From: Octopus vulgaris
Taxonomy: Eukaryota
DNA: 64,000 nt
Assembly: GCA_951406725.2 (NCBI GenBank)
Contig: OX597817.1
Coordinates: 121,334,001-121,398,000 of the forward strand
Direction: 5' to 3'
Every line of letters starts with the position of its first letter. The first letter of the stretch is position 1. The notes beneath the pieces were generated by a model that saw nothing but the letters and a program-made list of their open reading frames with translations, ran no database searches and was not told the origin of the DNA. Position numbers and translations under genes: made by a program. This document shows, piece by piece, positions 12,651-25,240 of the stretch.

Positions 12651-13070
12651 GGATCTTTTCGGTTTGAACGGCAGTTTTTCTAGCAGTGTCATATGAAATT
12701 GTCACCCATAATTATGATCCTAGTATCGATCTATTGCATTTCAATCTGTTTTAGGGTTACGGTTAGTTAGGGGTGGTGGGAAGGATATCTTTTTTTCTTC
12801 AAAAATGTAAATAAACCCAATCTGTTTCTTAAACGAGGGGCACATTCATACGGCACAGAATGTTTTCACCTCAATAGACGTCACTGATTGGTTGAAATTG
12901 CAGAAATTGAAGAAAAACAACAACAAATATCTTACAAACTATAGAATTTTCTCAATAAAGCCAAGAGAAAAAGATGTTTTATAAACACATTCTACCAGTA
13001 TACGAAGTTTAAAAGTGTTTAGTTACGTGGAAATTATTAAAAAAAACTGCCGTTCAAACCGAAAACATCT
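12651..13070. mobile_element. 420-bp MITE with ~29-bp TIRs and 8-bp TSD (Merlin-like termini)
   Basis: GGATCTTTTCGGTTTGAACGGCAGTTTTT ... AAAAACTGCCGTTCAAACCGAAAACATCT; flanks ATGAATCC (12643-12650) and ATGAATTC (13071-13078). Confidence 0.85.
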
Positions 13071-13124
13071 ATGAATTCTTTTGCCAAGATATTAGAATAA
13101 GCTTCGAACATGTGAGATTAAAAA

Positions 13125-13340
13125 ATATTTTTGTTGTTTAAACCCGGGTCACCACCACATTCAAATGTGTATGTGCTGTTTTAATTGAATCCTGATTAGC
13201 CTTGATTAAGTATACTCTAGATCAAGGAAATTCCTGTCAGCGCTGTCCAGATTTTGAATAGGATTTTCGATGTGTTGTCTTTTTTTAAAGACATTGAGTG
13301 TAATTTGAAGGGGATTTGGCTAGTATCTTTAGTAGGTTGT
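13125..13340 (+). repeat. Old interspersed repeat (family F); related pieces at ~5395-5520(-), 24290-24470, 38425-38560, 45820-45930(-), 62690-62790
   Basis: Shared motifs GTTGTTTA..CC..GGTCAGCC and TGTAATTTGA.GG.GATTTGGCT...TATTTCTAGCAG across the copies. Confidence 0.5.
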
Positions 13341-14285
13341 TGTCCCATTGTCGTGTTTATGATGAGAAGTAATGGAGAGAAAGAAAAATCATGAGAAATG
13401 TCAGAGTGGACTATAGTATGGATCAAATAAAACCAAGGGTTATATTTTCAGGTTTTACCCTGATGGAATATCGATTTTAACAGAGACACAAGACTTCATA
13501 TTTCGGGGATTGCAAAAGAAATATTTCAAATATCTAAACGAACCTAAATACCACTTAATTTTGAAATAAACGATGTAAACATGTAGTTTAGGTTTGGAAC
13601 TTATTTAATACATTATTACGTTATTCTCTTCTTAATTAATTCTCTAACAACGTTATCTTGTTTACATGAAGAATTTGTAAACTAAAGCAACTATATTAGT
13701 AGCCAATAAAAAAAAATGACTTGGAAACAAAATAAAACGAAAGTAAACAAGAAACATTATGACAACGCTAATTGCTTATGTTTATTTAGATTCGCTATTT
13801 TTCTGTTTGCCATTTGCAATTAACAACTGTTCATTCATTTTCTGATAAGATTTTCTTGACGGTTGCATTCATCATCATATTTACGGAGTTTTGTCTTTGG
13901 ATTAAAATAAATCATTTAGTAATAAACAAGACAGCTGTTACCGTATAACGTTTTTGTGTGTTCAAGTTTTAAAAAAATACGACGATAAAGCCACAAGAAC
14001 AGTGATGATGGCGACCACGACGATGTGGAAACATCAACATCATCAACGATCACAATATTTCCACTAACATTGAAATGAAAAGCGAATTAAGCCAGCATAT
14101 GTAAGGGAAATCTTATGAGTATTTTCCAGTTCTGATTTCTATTCAGCAGTTAATTCTATTATTTCAATCTCGATATCACTTGTAGGTTATTTTATTTCTT
14201 TTCTGTATTTTTTTTTCCTGTAGATTTCATTTAGGTTTCTCTTCAATGAAATGACTTCTTACATGGAAGACTGTTGACGTCAAAG

Positions 14286-14350
<65 letters not shown>

Positions 14351-14416
14351 GAATTTAGTTTTGTATATGTATTTGCAAGAGTATCAACATGAATGTATAT
14401 GTGTATTTAAGCCTGC

Positions 14417-14476
<60 letters not shown>

Positions 14477-14938
14477 GTGTGTGTGTGTGTGTGAATGTAA
14501 TACCTTATACACGTCTGTTTATAGGTATAACTTTAATATAATAGAAATCGAAAGACTACCAGACTTCCTCTCACTGCTTATCTCACACCCTCCCGAAGTA
14601 ACTCGTAGATCACACCGTCTTTTGCATCGTCATCTTACTGAAGCAATGATTAGAAGTAAATCCTATCTAATACCGCCCCTCACACGAACCATCTTATTGA
14701 AATAATGAAATAGTAGTAAGTCGTGTAATCGCAACGTATCTTAATGTCAAAACCCTTCCCTGTTGGAGTAAAAATGAACGTAAGATTGCATGAGAGAAAA
14801 AGATAGAGAGAGGGAAAGAGAGAGAGAGAGAGGGGGGAGAGAAAGAAATAGAGAAAGTGAGTTTTCTGTATTTATATGTATACAAACACACACACGTACA
14901 TGTGTTTATTTTGTATGTGAGTGTGTGTGTGTGTGTGT

Positions 14939-15122
14939 GTGAAGGCATATGGCTCAGGGGTTAGGGAAAACGGCTCACAATCGTAATTCAGGAATTCTAT
15001 TCTCGGCAGGGGCGTTGTGACCTTGAGCAAGACATTTTATTTTACGTTTGCTCCAGCACATTCAACTGGCAAGAATGAGTTGCATCAATAATTTAAAGGG
15101 CCAACTTTGTCACATTCTGTGT
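14939..15122 (+). mobile_element. SINE with family C head/core and the start of a family D-type tail, truncated
   Basis: GAAGGCATATGGCTCAGGGGTTAGGG...GTTGTGACCTTGAGCAAGACA...TTTAAAGGGCCAACTTTGTCACA. Confidence 0.7.
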
Positions 15123-15127
15123 ATATA

Positions 15128-15203
<76 letters not shown>

Positions 15204-15359
15204 TATACATATGTCTATATATGCATATACATATGTCTATATATGCATATACATATGTCTATATATGCATATATATATATATTTATATATATATATATGT
15301 GTGTGTGTGTATGTATATGTGAGTATATATGTGTGTATGTGCCCGATATCTGAATCTCC

Positions 15360-17363
15360 CCAGCCGAACTCTCTTCAGAGTGAGCACCATTGGCTACAAC
15401 TGTCTGACTCCTGCCCTTCAGAAAATCATGCACCCACTCTCCCAGTTTCCGGTAATACCAAGGTTTCGCAGCTTGTGATATATGCCATGATCAACCTTGT
15501 CGAAAGCCTCGGCAAAGTCGAGGTATACCACTTCTACAGCTCACTGGTTTAGCTGTTGCTTCAGTATCTATTCAAAGTGCTGTAGCAACTGTGTGAAGTA
15601 GTTCCTCCCTGGACAGAAGCCATGTTGCGTGTTTATGAGAAGGTTGTTTTTTTCTAGGAACGTGATCAGCCTTTTTTCTGACAATGCGTTCTATTATTGT
15701 CTTGATAACACGTGAGGTCAGAGAGATGGGCCTGTAGTTTTTAGCATCTGCTCTGCTCCCTCCTTTATAGACAGAGCATATTATACCCTCTTTTAGCATG
15801 TTGGTAACTATACCACCTGCAAAGAAACTCTGAAAGAGCATCTGCAGTGGTTTTACAAGAGCCTTTTTATATGTCATTAAGAGAACAGTTGGGAGTCCAT
15901 CTGGGCCTGTTTCTGAGTTTGATCTCATCTCATCAATGGCCGATATTACATCCTCTTCTGTTATGTTGGTGTAATCGATGGTTGCTTCTTTTCCAAATAG
16001 ATTTATCACATTGAAAAACTCCTTTGGCTTGTTTATTTGCATATTTTCCAGAGAATGAAAACACTTCGGAATTGTTTATTTAGTGCTTCACCTATGTTCC
16101 CTGGGTCTGCAGTTAGTGAGTCATTTTTACCAAATACTAGCCCTGTCTTATAGCGTACTGCGGCAGACTCCTTTGCCAACGTGTAGATAGCTTTAGGATT
16201 TCTTTTTATATTTTTGACTGCCCAGGTTTCTCTTTCTTCTCTTTCTTTTTCATGGGAGATTTTAAGTTTATTTTCTATCTGCATCGAAAAGTTCCTCTGT
16301 CAAGTGGGATTTTCCATTGTCATTAAGGCGATCTTTATTCTCCGCCGCATGAGTATTCTCCAGCCTCGGGGAATGGTGTTTTTGTGTATATTGGCTCCCT
16401 TCTCTGGGACATATTTAATGCACATGGCTCGCATTATAGATATGAATTTATTCAGTTTTATATCAATGACTTCCATAGAGAGGCTTTTAGGCCAGTCCTA
16501 CTGGAGTATCTGTTTTCAAGTGCCTTCCAGTCAGCCTTATAGAAATTTTGGGTAGAGTTGGATAGAGTTTGAGCGTCATCTGTGCGGAGTTTATCTTTAG
16601 TTAATTCCGGACCATACTTTCCCAGTTCTATCATGTTATGGTCTGAGAATATTGTCGGTGATATCGTTACGTTGTGGATAATTTCCACATTGTAAAACAG
16701 AGGTACAGGATATTTTTGTGCCTGGTTGGAGAGAGCATGATCTTCTTCCTGAACAGCATTTTCGTAAGATCAAGAAGTGATTCTGCTTGATTTCGCTTTT
16801 TGTGCGTCATTCCTGGGGTTATATTGCCCCCAGGCCATCTGATGTTGGGGAAGTTGAAGTCACCTATCAGGAAAATGGTAGTATGTTGATCCAATTGTAT
16901 TAGTACTTCCTTTATCGAACTGAGGTTTCCTCAAATTTTCGATCATGATTTGAGGCATCAGGTGGATGATAGATTGAGCATATTACTATATCTAATTGCT
17001 TTAGATGTACTATGACTGTGTCACACACCGAGTTCGAGTTCGATAACATGGTTAATGGTGTGACATCTTCTCGGATGTACATTGCAACTCCACCGAGACT
17101 TCGTTTTCTTCTGTCGATACGGAAGGTAGCATACATTGGTATATGTATCTTCACATCACTTATGTCTGCAGATAGATGTGTTTATGTAGGTGCAATGCAT
17201 ATAGCTTGATTACAAGCAGAAAGATTCTTCAGGTGCTCAATTTTGCATTCGATGCTGTTTTGCAGCAGCCCTCTTATATTCATCAGTAAAAATGACGTTG
17301 GTGTTGGTGTGTTAGGTGGTTTGGTGGCAGTGGTTGGCAACCGGGATTCATCAATTGTGCCGG
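15360..17363 (-). pseudogene. Decayed CR1/L2-group LINE ORF2 (APE endonuclease plus N-terminal RT)
   Basis: Ordered motifs on the minus strand: [122 protein letters not shown]; many stops and frameshifts. Confidence 0.92.
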
Positions 17364-17585
17364 TATTATAATTCATTTCTCTCGGTCATACTGCCTCGGT
17401 TCTCGCGGTTAAAATATAATGTTTGCTAGATAGACCACGTGGGTGGAATGAGGAGTGCAGAGATTTACGCCTGCGCATTTTGAATTTGTTGACACTGTTA
17501 GTTTGGAGTGGTTCATCTGAAGCGACAAGTTCGCTGATAGGTAAAGTTCCTTCTTTTTAGTGTTTCCAAATCCAAATTAAGAAAT

Positions 17586-17648
17586 TTTGAGCTGACGAAA
17601 GAAATGCTGATTTTATTTGGCTAATCTTGAAACGTTGACGTACTCAAA
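17586..17648 (+). ncRNA. Type I hammerhead ribozyme, copy 1
   Basis: TTTGAG (stem I) - CTGACGA - AAGA...TCTT (stem II) - GAAA - CG-TTGA-CG (stem III) - TA - CTCAAA (stem I'); complete core, predicted cleavage after 17642. Confidence 0.8.
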
Positions 17649-18150
17649 CGATCTATGTACTTGTGATATTTTTCTGTATTTACCTCCAAACCTTCGTGAG
17701 CTGTCTAGAGTAAACATTATCTGAGAGAAATTTTCTTTAAGTAGTAGAAATGCTAAGAAAATTTTTTTTGGCTGCTATTTCTACTAAGTTCAGTATGTGG
17801 CAGAGTAATTTATTTTACTAAGCCCTAATTATATAATGTAATATTTTGAATTCGCCTTAAATGGTCCTTTTACATACTGAACACTTGGTGAAATTGATTA
17901 ATTAATTAATTTTACCCTCAATTGTTGATATTATAATTCATTTCTCTCGGTCATACTGCCTCGGTTCTCGCGGTTAAAATATAATGTTTGCTAGATAGAC
18001 CACGTGGGTGGAATGAGGAGTGCAGAGATTTACGCCTGCGCATTTTGAATTTGTTGACACTGTTAGTTTGGAGTGGTTCATCTGAAGCGACAAGTTCGCT
18101 GATAGGTAAAGTTCCTTCTTTTTAGTGTTTCCAAATCCAAATTAAGAAAT

Positions 18151-18213
18151 TTTGAGCTGACGAAAGAAATGCTGATTTTATTTGGCTAATCTTGAAACGT
18201 TGACGTACTCAAA
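18151..18213 (+). ncRNA. Type I hammerhead ribozyme, copy 2
   Basis: Identical to copy 1, offset by 565; predicted cleavage after 18207. Confidence 0.8.
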
Positions 18214-18391
18214 CGATCTATGTACTTGTGATATTTTTCTGTATTTACCTCCAAACCTTCGTGAGCTGTCTAGAGTAAACATTATCTGAGAGAAATTTTC
18301 TTTAAGTAGTAGAAATGCTAAGAAAATTTTTTTTTGGCTGCTATTTCTACTAAGTTTAGTATGTGGCAGAGTAATTTATTTTACTAAGCCC

Positions 18392-18443
<52 letters not shown>

Positions 18444-18495
18444 TATGTATATATACATATATGCATATATGCATATATATATATACACATATATA

Positions 18496-18529
<34 letters not shown>

Positions 18530-18575
18530 TATGTATATATATACACATGTATGCATATATATATATACATGTATG

Positions 18576-18609
<34 letters not shown>

Positions 18610-18772
18610 CATACATGTATATATATACACATATATATATATATATACATACATATGTATATGCATATATACATATATTTATATATAAATATATGTATGA
18701 GAAAAAATCAGAATATAGAGATAAATCAATTAATAATTATATTTATTAATTATAAAAATATATATAATTCCG

Positions 18773-18844
18773 GACAGCTGTTTCGATTCAGACTTCAAAA
18801 ATTAATTAAAATGATTAAATCATTATAAAGCTGAATCTCGTCGG
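18773..18844 (-). ncRNA. Hammerhead-like motif lacking stem I (probably inactive)
   Basis: Minus strand CCGACGA-GATTCAG...CTGAATC-GAAA-CAGCTG-TC; perfect 7-bp stem II and palindromic stem III, but the flanks do not pair. Confidence 0.45.
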
Positions 18845-19295
18845 TGTTAGATAAAAAAATGTACCATAACATTTTTATGTTTTTATGTGTTAAGTGTGTG
18901 GAACATTTCGGCTAATTGAGTATTGATTAAGAGAAAAATTTGGTATAGCCCTTATAAAGGGGGGGGATGTAGTATATTTAGAGAAGTAGATATAGAAAAT
19001 AATATAATATAATATAATATGCTTCGGGTAAATATTAAAAATATAAAGAAATAAAGTAATAAACAGTTTAAGTATCAAATTAATATAATGGTAAATATGC
19101 TTATAAAAATTTGAGGAATATAACATATCGTGGATAATCATAAAAAAGTATGGAGATAAAAAATATATAGCAATTAACCTTGTACATAAGTATCATATTG
19201 ATACAAGGGTAAATATATTTATAAAAAATTAAAGTAATAAGTGTGTATAATACTTACGTAAAAATAAAAATAAAATGAGTAGAGGTATAGGTATA

Positions 19296-19388
<93 letters not shown>

Positions 19389-19616
19389 GTATATATGTAT
19401 ATATATATGAACGCATATATAAATATAAATACGTTCAAATATTTATACATATAGACATACACAAAAATGTAAAAAATAAAATAATATATAAAAAATGAAA
19501 GATAAATGGGCGCATCATACATAATGAATACATGTAAATATCTGTGAAGAAATTGGATGCGAATAATTATATTTATACAAGAATTTAATACATATATATA
19601 AGATCTTATATTTATG

Positions 19617-19665
<49 letters not shown>

Positions 19666-19869
19666 TATAAATATATATATATAATTATTGAAATGGATAA
19701 ATGAATTATCTTGTTACGGATTATTCAAATGATAACCGATGGGTAGCAAAAATCACAACAGAAAAATCACGGTTGAGGTTACGACCATGGGGTCTCAAAA
19801 CCGTGCCTTAGTGCGGAAATTTGAAGTTTTATATAATTAGTGTAGGAAGAAATGGAGCTGAACGAAGAT

Positions 19870-20163
19870 TTAACAAAATTCCTTTTTATTATTTTCTACA
19901 TATGTTTCAAAGGCTGCAAAGTCCCTAATTCGGATTGAATAAGGAGACCATTTTGCAGCCTTCTCTTCAGGAAAATCCAGGAACTTAATTCTCCAATAAA
20001 ATGCACAGCAAGCTTTTCGACAAACGCTCGCGAGGAGCCCATGGGATAAATGGCACAAAACTGTCTCTTTTCAAACAAAGAAAAAACAGAGTGCAAGACA
20101 TACAACACAAGGAATATTCACCCTCTTCAGCTGTCCCTGTTTCGTATACTCCGCATTTCGAAG

Positions 20164-20165
<2 letters not shown>
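19870..20165 (-). mobile_element. Possible Penelope-like remnant
   Basis: 20070-20165 resembles the arms of the 34783-35280 inverted repeat; the minus-strand peptide IQSELGTLQP resembles the C-terminus of the PLE GIY-YIG domain (I..LGTL.P.G.N). Confidence 0.35.
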
Positions 20166-20231
<66 letters not shown>

Positions 20232-20236
<5 letters not shown>

Positions 20237-20601
20237 AGGAAGCACTCCGTCGGTTACGACGACGAGGGTTCCGGTTGATTCGAATCAACGGAACAGCCTT
20301 CTCGTGAAATTAACGTGTAAGTGGCTGAGCACTCCACAGACACATGTACCCTTAACGTAGTTCTCGGGGATATTCAGCGTGACACAGAGAGTGACAGGGC
20401 TGGCCCTTTGAAATACAGCTACAACAGAAGCAGGAAGTAAGAGTGAGAGAAAGTTGTGGTGAAAGAGTACAGCAGGGATCACCACCATCCCCTGCCGGAG
20501 CCTCGTGGAGCTTTAGGTGTTTTCGCTCAATAAACACTCACAAACGCCCGGTCCTATGACCGCGAGTCCGCTGCCCTAACAACTGGGCCATTGCGCCTCC
20601 A
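20232..20601 (-). mobile_element. tRNA-derived SINE family D
   Basis: Minus strand GGAGGCGCAATGGCCCAGTTGTTAGGGCAGCGGACTCGCGG head (TCG anticodon-like, Arg) and tail CCCTCGTCGTCGTAACCGACGGAGTGC. Confidence 0.85.
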
Positions 20602-20744
20602 TATATATGTATACATTGCGCAAATAATATGTTACTACTTAGATTCAAACTGAAATGCTTACTTATGTTCAAATAGGATTCAATGAAAATAAAAATACAA
20701 ATAAGTGTATTTATTATACATACTTACTTATATAAGTAAGTCCT

Positions 20745-20885
20745 AGCGGTCAGGCAAAATTAGCAGATAGAATAAGGTAGGATCAGACCTCAAAACTTAA
20801 ATACTGGGAATGATTTGTTCGATGGAACCCTTTAAAGATGTACGTCAGCATGGTTGCGGTGCAATGAGCGAAACGAGTAAAAGAA
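20745..20885 (+). mobile_element. SINE family A, degenerate 3' part
   Basis: TAGCGGTCAGGCAAAA...GATAGAATAAG...CAGCATGGTTGCGGTGCAATGAGCGAAACGAGTAAAAGA. Confidence 0.65.
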
Positions 20886-20918
<33 letters not shown>

Positions 20919-22239
20919 GTATATGTACAAGCCCTTCTATCTCCATGACAATAGTATTAACAAAAGAGAGAAAAAAGTTGGTGAAAGAGACGAAACAAAG
21001 TAAAACCGATTTTTAATCAATATATCGAAAGAAAATGCGAAAAAAGTTGCAAATACAAAACCAGAGTAGAAGCAGTGTAAATGTGGTGGTTGGATGGTAA
21101 TCGAGAAGACAATAACGCAACAACTTCAATAAAACTATCACGTTTTATAGGAATTATCATATAATTCTCAGAAAAGATAAGAATGAAGCTCTCATAAGAA
21201 TAGCTCGGAAAATCTTGACACTTGAAAAATATCTTGGTACTTGGAAGAGAACAAGACTTGGTAAATATAGAGACAAATAGTGTGTGTGTGTATGTATATA
21301 CACAAACATATACACATACATGCATGCATGCATGCACATATATAGATGCATACGTAGATTTCCATACACTCGTAACTATATTTTTATATAAATGTCCATG
21401 TATGCACGTCTACGTAGACAAATGTACGAAGTGGTGTGTGCTGCCTTTTAAAAGTAAAATAATTGTAACAGAAGATCACCTACAAGCGTTCATTTCCGGA
21501 CAGCTCTGGATTGCATTTGAAATACAATTCGTCAAACATCTTAGATTTCTTCTCTTTATACAGTTCCTTATAGTTTTTTTTTCTTGTATTTATTTATTTA
21601 TCTATTTCTTCGTTTTCCTCTTTCTTTATTTCGCTTCTATTGTGATTGTGTTTACGAGTTAGGAGAATCTCATATAACTAATGTTTTAGCCCATAGACGA
21701 AAGCTGCATTCAAACAAGCAACAGTAATTTCCAAACTTATTTGTCAATGATAGGCGGCGCACGTTTGGCGGCATGCTTTGGGCGGTGGGCGGCAGTGGAT
21801 TATGGGAAAGGATTATATTAAGATAAAATTTAGTGCTAATTCAAGGGAATATAATCATTAGATTTATTTAGAATCGATAGGACAGGGAACGCCTGCGTGC
21901 AGTGTGGTTCATGCAATTATCCCTTCCTTAATAAAAAGTGACATTCTAAATAACGAGCTAAGAAACAAACGATGAGGTGAAGAAGGAGGCATGTTTCTTA
22001 CTTTCTTGCTACCATCGTTTTATCACGTTGCGATTTATTCATTATTTCACATCGTGCGCATGTGTGTAAGTGTCTGTTCTGTTATTGGTTTCAATGATTG
22101 GACTGCGGCTATACAGATGCACAACCTTCAAGAATTGAAGACTATCATCTCAACTTCGGTGCATAATTCATTCTAGTACCTGCTTTATTAATCTTTATTC
22201 ATCGAAAGGGTAACATAGGGGACGAAGCTCGATGAACAC

Positions 22240-22264
22240 ATACACACACACACACACACGCGCG

Positions 22265-22302
<38 letters not shown>

Positions 22303-22503
22303 CATACATATATATATATACATGCATATATATATACATACATATATATATATATACATATATATATGTATATATATATATATATTCATACATATATACA
22401 TATATATATATATACATACATATACACACACACACATATATATATACATATATATATATATACATATATATATACACTTATATATATATTCATATATACA
22501 TGC

Positions 22504-22534
<31 letters not shown>

Positions 22535-22645
22535 TGTATACACACACGCATATATATATATATATATATATACATATATACATACATACATACATACATA
22601 ATACATATACTTACACACAAACACACATAGATAGATAGATAAATA
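22240..22645. repeat. Long degenerate (TA)/(CA) microsatellite
   Basis: Direct reading; source of several artefactual ORFs. Confidence 0.95.
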
Positions 22646-23289
22646 GATCACTCGATCGATAGAGAGATAAATAGAACGGTTTGAGTAAATAGATGTAAAT
22701 GTAGATATACGCGGTCTTTTTCACACTTTGCGTCTATCAAATCTACTTACAACGAACGGTATTGTTATCTAGACTCTAAAGAAAAATACTTATTTGCAAA
22801 AGGTAGACGCCATACAGAATGTTCGCGCCATTAACTCTCCCTGTTATGTTTTTTGAACTCGACATAATATAAGCTAAGCGAAATATATGAAAAATGAAAA
22901 CGAAATGGACGGGATTAGTTGTTGTCTCTGCAGCCAACTGGTGAAAACAGAGCAAATATTTCGGCTGTAATATACCTCTTCTTCAAAACGTGTGTCCCTC
23001 AGCTGGGAACACTGAAAAAGTGATAAGTAAATACAGAAATTGGAAGAATCTAGTGACATCTTGAATGAATGAAGGAACGGATCATAAGGAAAATGATCTG
23101 TATGCACATTTATGAGCCTCTACTTATGTGCATTAATACACAAGACTGACATACTGACATACGTTCCTTTAGTTGTATAGTCGATATTCATAATTAGTGT
23201 CACTACTTTTCTCTGTTGCGAAGATCGCGAAGTGATCGTCTTAATCACACGGCTCTTTCTAAGTCGAAGTGTGAAGACTATTGTTTGTA

Positions 23290-23524
23290 TTTTTATCTTC
23301 TACTCGTTTAAGGTATTAGACTGCGGTCATGCTGGAGCACCGCTTTGGCAGGTTTACTCGAAGAAATTGACTCCAGTACTAGTTTTGTTTCTAATAAGCC
23401 TGGTGCTTATTCTACAGGTCTCTTTCTCGTTCACCTAATCGCTAAGTTATGAGGACGTAAACAAACCAAATGCAGTTGCGAAACAGTTGTTGAGGACAAC
23501 TATAAACACAAAGACACACACACA

Positions 23525-23597
<73 letters not shown>

Positions 23598-23755
23598 TGG
23601 GCCCCTTTAAGTTTCCGTCTGCCAAATTCACTCTCAAAGCTGCAGTCGGCTCGGGGTTATAATAGAAGACACTTATCCGAAGTGTCACACATTGGGACTG
23701 AACCCCAAACCATTTGGTTGGGAAGTAAACTTCTTACCATACAGCTATGCTGTGC
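23290..23755 (-). mobile_element. SINE family A, diverged full length
   Basis: GACTGCGGTCATGCTGGAGCACCG...(CA)n...GGGACTGAACCC...CTTACCATACAGC. Confidence 0.85.
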
Positions 23756-23860
23756 TTACATACAGAAGTAAAATGAATGTAGTAACACTGATCTTGAACA
23801 TCAGCAATTTATCTGTTAAAATGTACCTCAGGAAGGTTTTCTAAACAAGCGTATGTGATA

Positions 23861-24094
23861 CCTATTTCTTTACTACCCACTAGGGGCTAAACACAGAGGA
23901 GACAAACAAGGACAGACAGACGGATGAAGTCGACCATATCGATCCTAGTGCATAACTGGTACTTAATTTATCGACCCCGAAAGGATGAAAGGCAAAGTCG
24001 ACCTCGGCGGAATTTGAACTCAGAACGTAACGGCAGACGAAATACGGCTACGGATTTCGTCCGGCGTGCTAACGTTTCTGCCTGCTCGACGTCT
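23861..24094 (-). mobile_element. SINE family B1 with 22-bp TSD
   Basis: TAAACAAGCGTATGTGATACCT at 23842-23863 and 24095-24116 brackets the element. Confidence 0.92.
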
Positions 24095-24789
24095 TAAACA
24101 AGCGTATGTGATACCTTACTATATGTATATTTAGTAAGCCCAACACTCCTTAACCATATTTTTCTCATTCATGTTGTTGATATTCAAAACAAGTGACACT
24201 ATACATCTTTTATTACTATGAATAATAAAAATGTGTTGTTTGGAAAACGTGCCGTGAAAGAAAGGCTCTCTAGTTTGCTGAAAGAAGTGTAGTCGTTAAA
24301 CCCTAGCTTAAGTCTTAACAAAGGCATTCAATCTGTGACCATGCTTTCTTCTTTGAGGCAATCTCGTGCTCCATTATCTAACACGTCTTCTATTTTTCCA
24401 AACTAGGATACTGCCTGAAGGCGATTTGGTTGATATTTCTAGCAGCTTGAACAACACTGTTACGCAGCCGCCTTTCCGTTATTCATTTTCATGAATAGTA
24501 CAACTCGCATTAGTTTTAGTACAATTATTGTTGTACTTTTAGAGTCTAGGCAACTATGATTCTCTATAGAAAACATAGGACAGGAGGACAGTCTCTTCTG
24601 ATAGCATTTGCAAGTGCTAATATCTCTATATGTGTGTATGTATGAGCGAGTATGTGTGTGTACATATGTATGGATGTATATGTGTGTACATATGCATAGA
24701 CCTATATGTTATGTAGGGATGGTAGGCGTTTTTAAGAGTCCTTGACACAAAAGATTAAAGAAAGTCCTTGGAATGTTCTCACATCAAAT

Positions 24790-25240
24790 TTACCTCCATC
24801 TCAAGGCATGATCTTCCTGTCCAGTGTCAGGAAATACTTCAGACACTTGCGACAGCTAGCAAATCTCAAGTGAAAGCCACAGCTGGGATGGTGCTGTTGA
24901 TATACATACAAGGCATTCTAGATTGCATCCAGAGTAAGGCCAGTCAAGTGATTGGTATTAAGTTCTTCGTAGACAACGGTAGTGCATAGATTTGCTGTCG
25001 CCATTTTCTGTATATTCTAATGCTGCAGCGGAGACGGTTGGTTTCGTGACACTTTTTCTTCGCTACTCTCTTCTCATTCGTCTCTTTTTACCTCGTCCCC
25101 TATATTAATTCCAGACGTCCAGGTCTGACACTAATCACAACACAGTGATTCCTCAAAGATATCACTTTTCTCAAATTTCCTTCCTACATAATTTTTCCTG
25201 CTATCATTGACTTGCAGCAGTTTAGGCAGAACGATACGCT
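24790..25240 (+). pseudogene. Highly decayed 3' end of a Jockey/CR1-group LINE ORF2
   Basis: Fragments FLSSVRKYF, SQVKPQL, WDGA, ILDCIQSKASQVIG and FPAIIDLQQFRQ follow the order of the post-RT region of these LINEs. Confidence 0.5.

Larger units (their letters stand above)
17364..18400 (+). repeat. Tandem repeat with 565-bp period (~1.8 units), each unit carrying a hammerhead ribozyme (retrozyme / Penelope pseudo-LTR-like)
   Basis: 17364-17835 is repeated at 17929-18400 with only about two differences that I could see; a 93-bp linker completes unit 1; ends in (TA)n. Confidence 0.92.

Noticed and set aside
18384-18828. Stacked YI/HT/CV-repeat ORFs here and at 10.4, 22.2, 37.7 and 41.4 kb
   Set aside because: Translations of (TA)n/(CA)n tracts, which lack stop codons.
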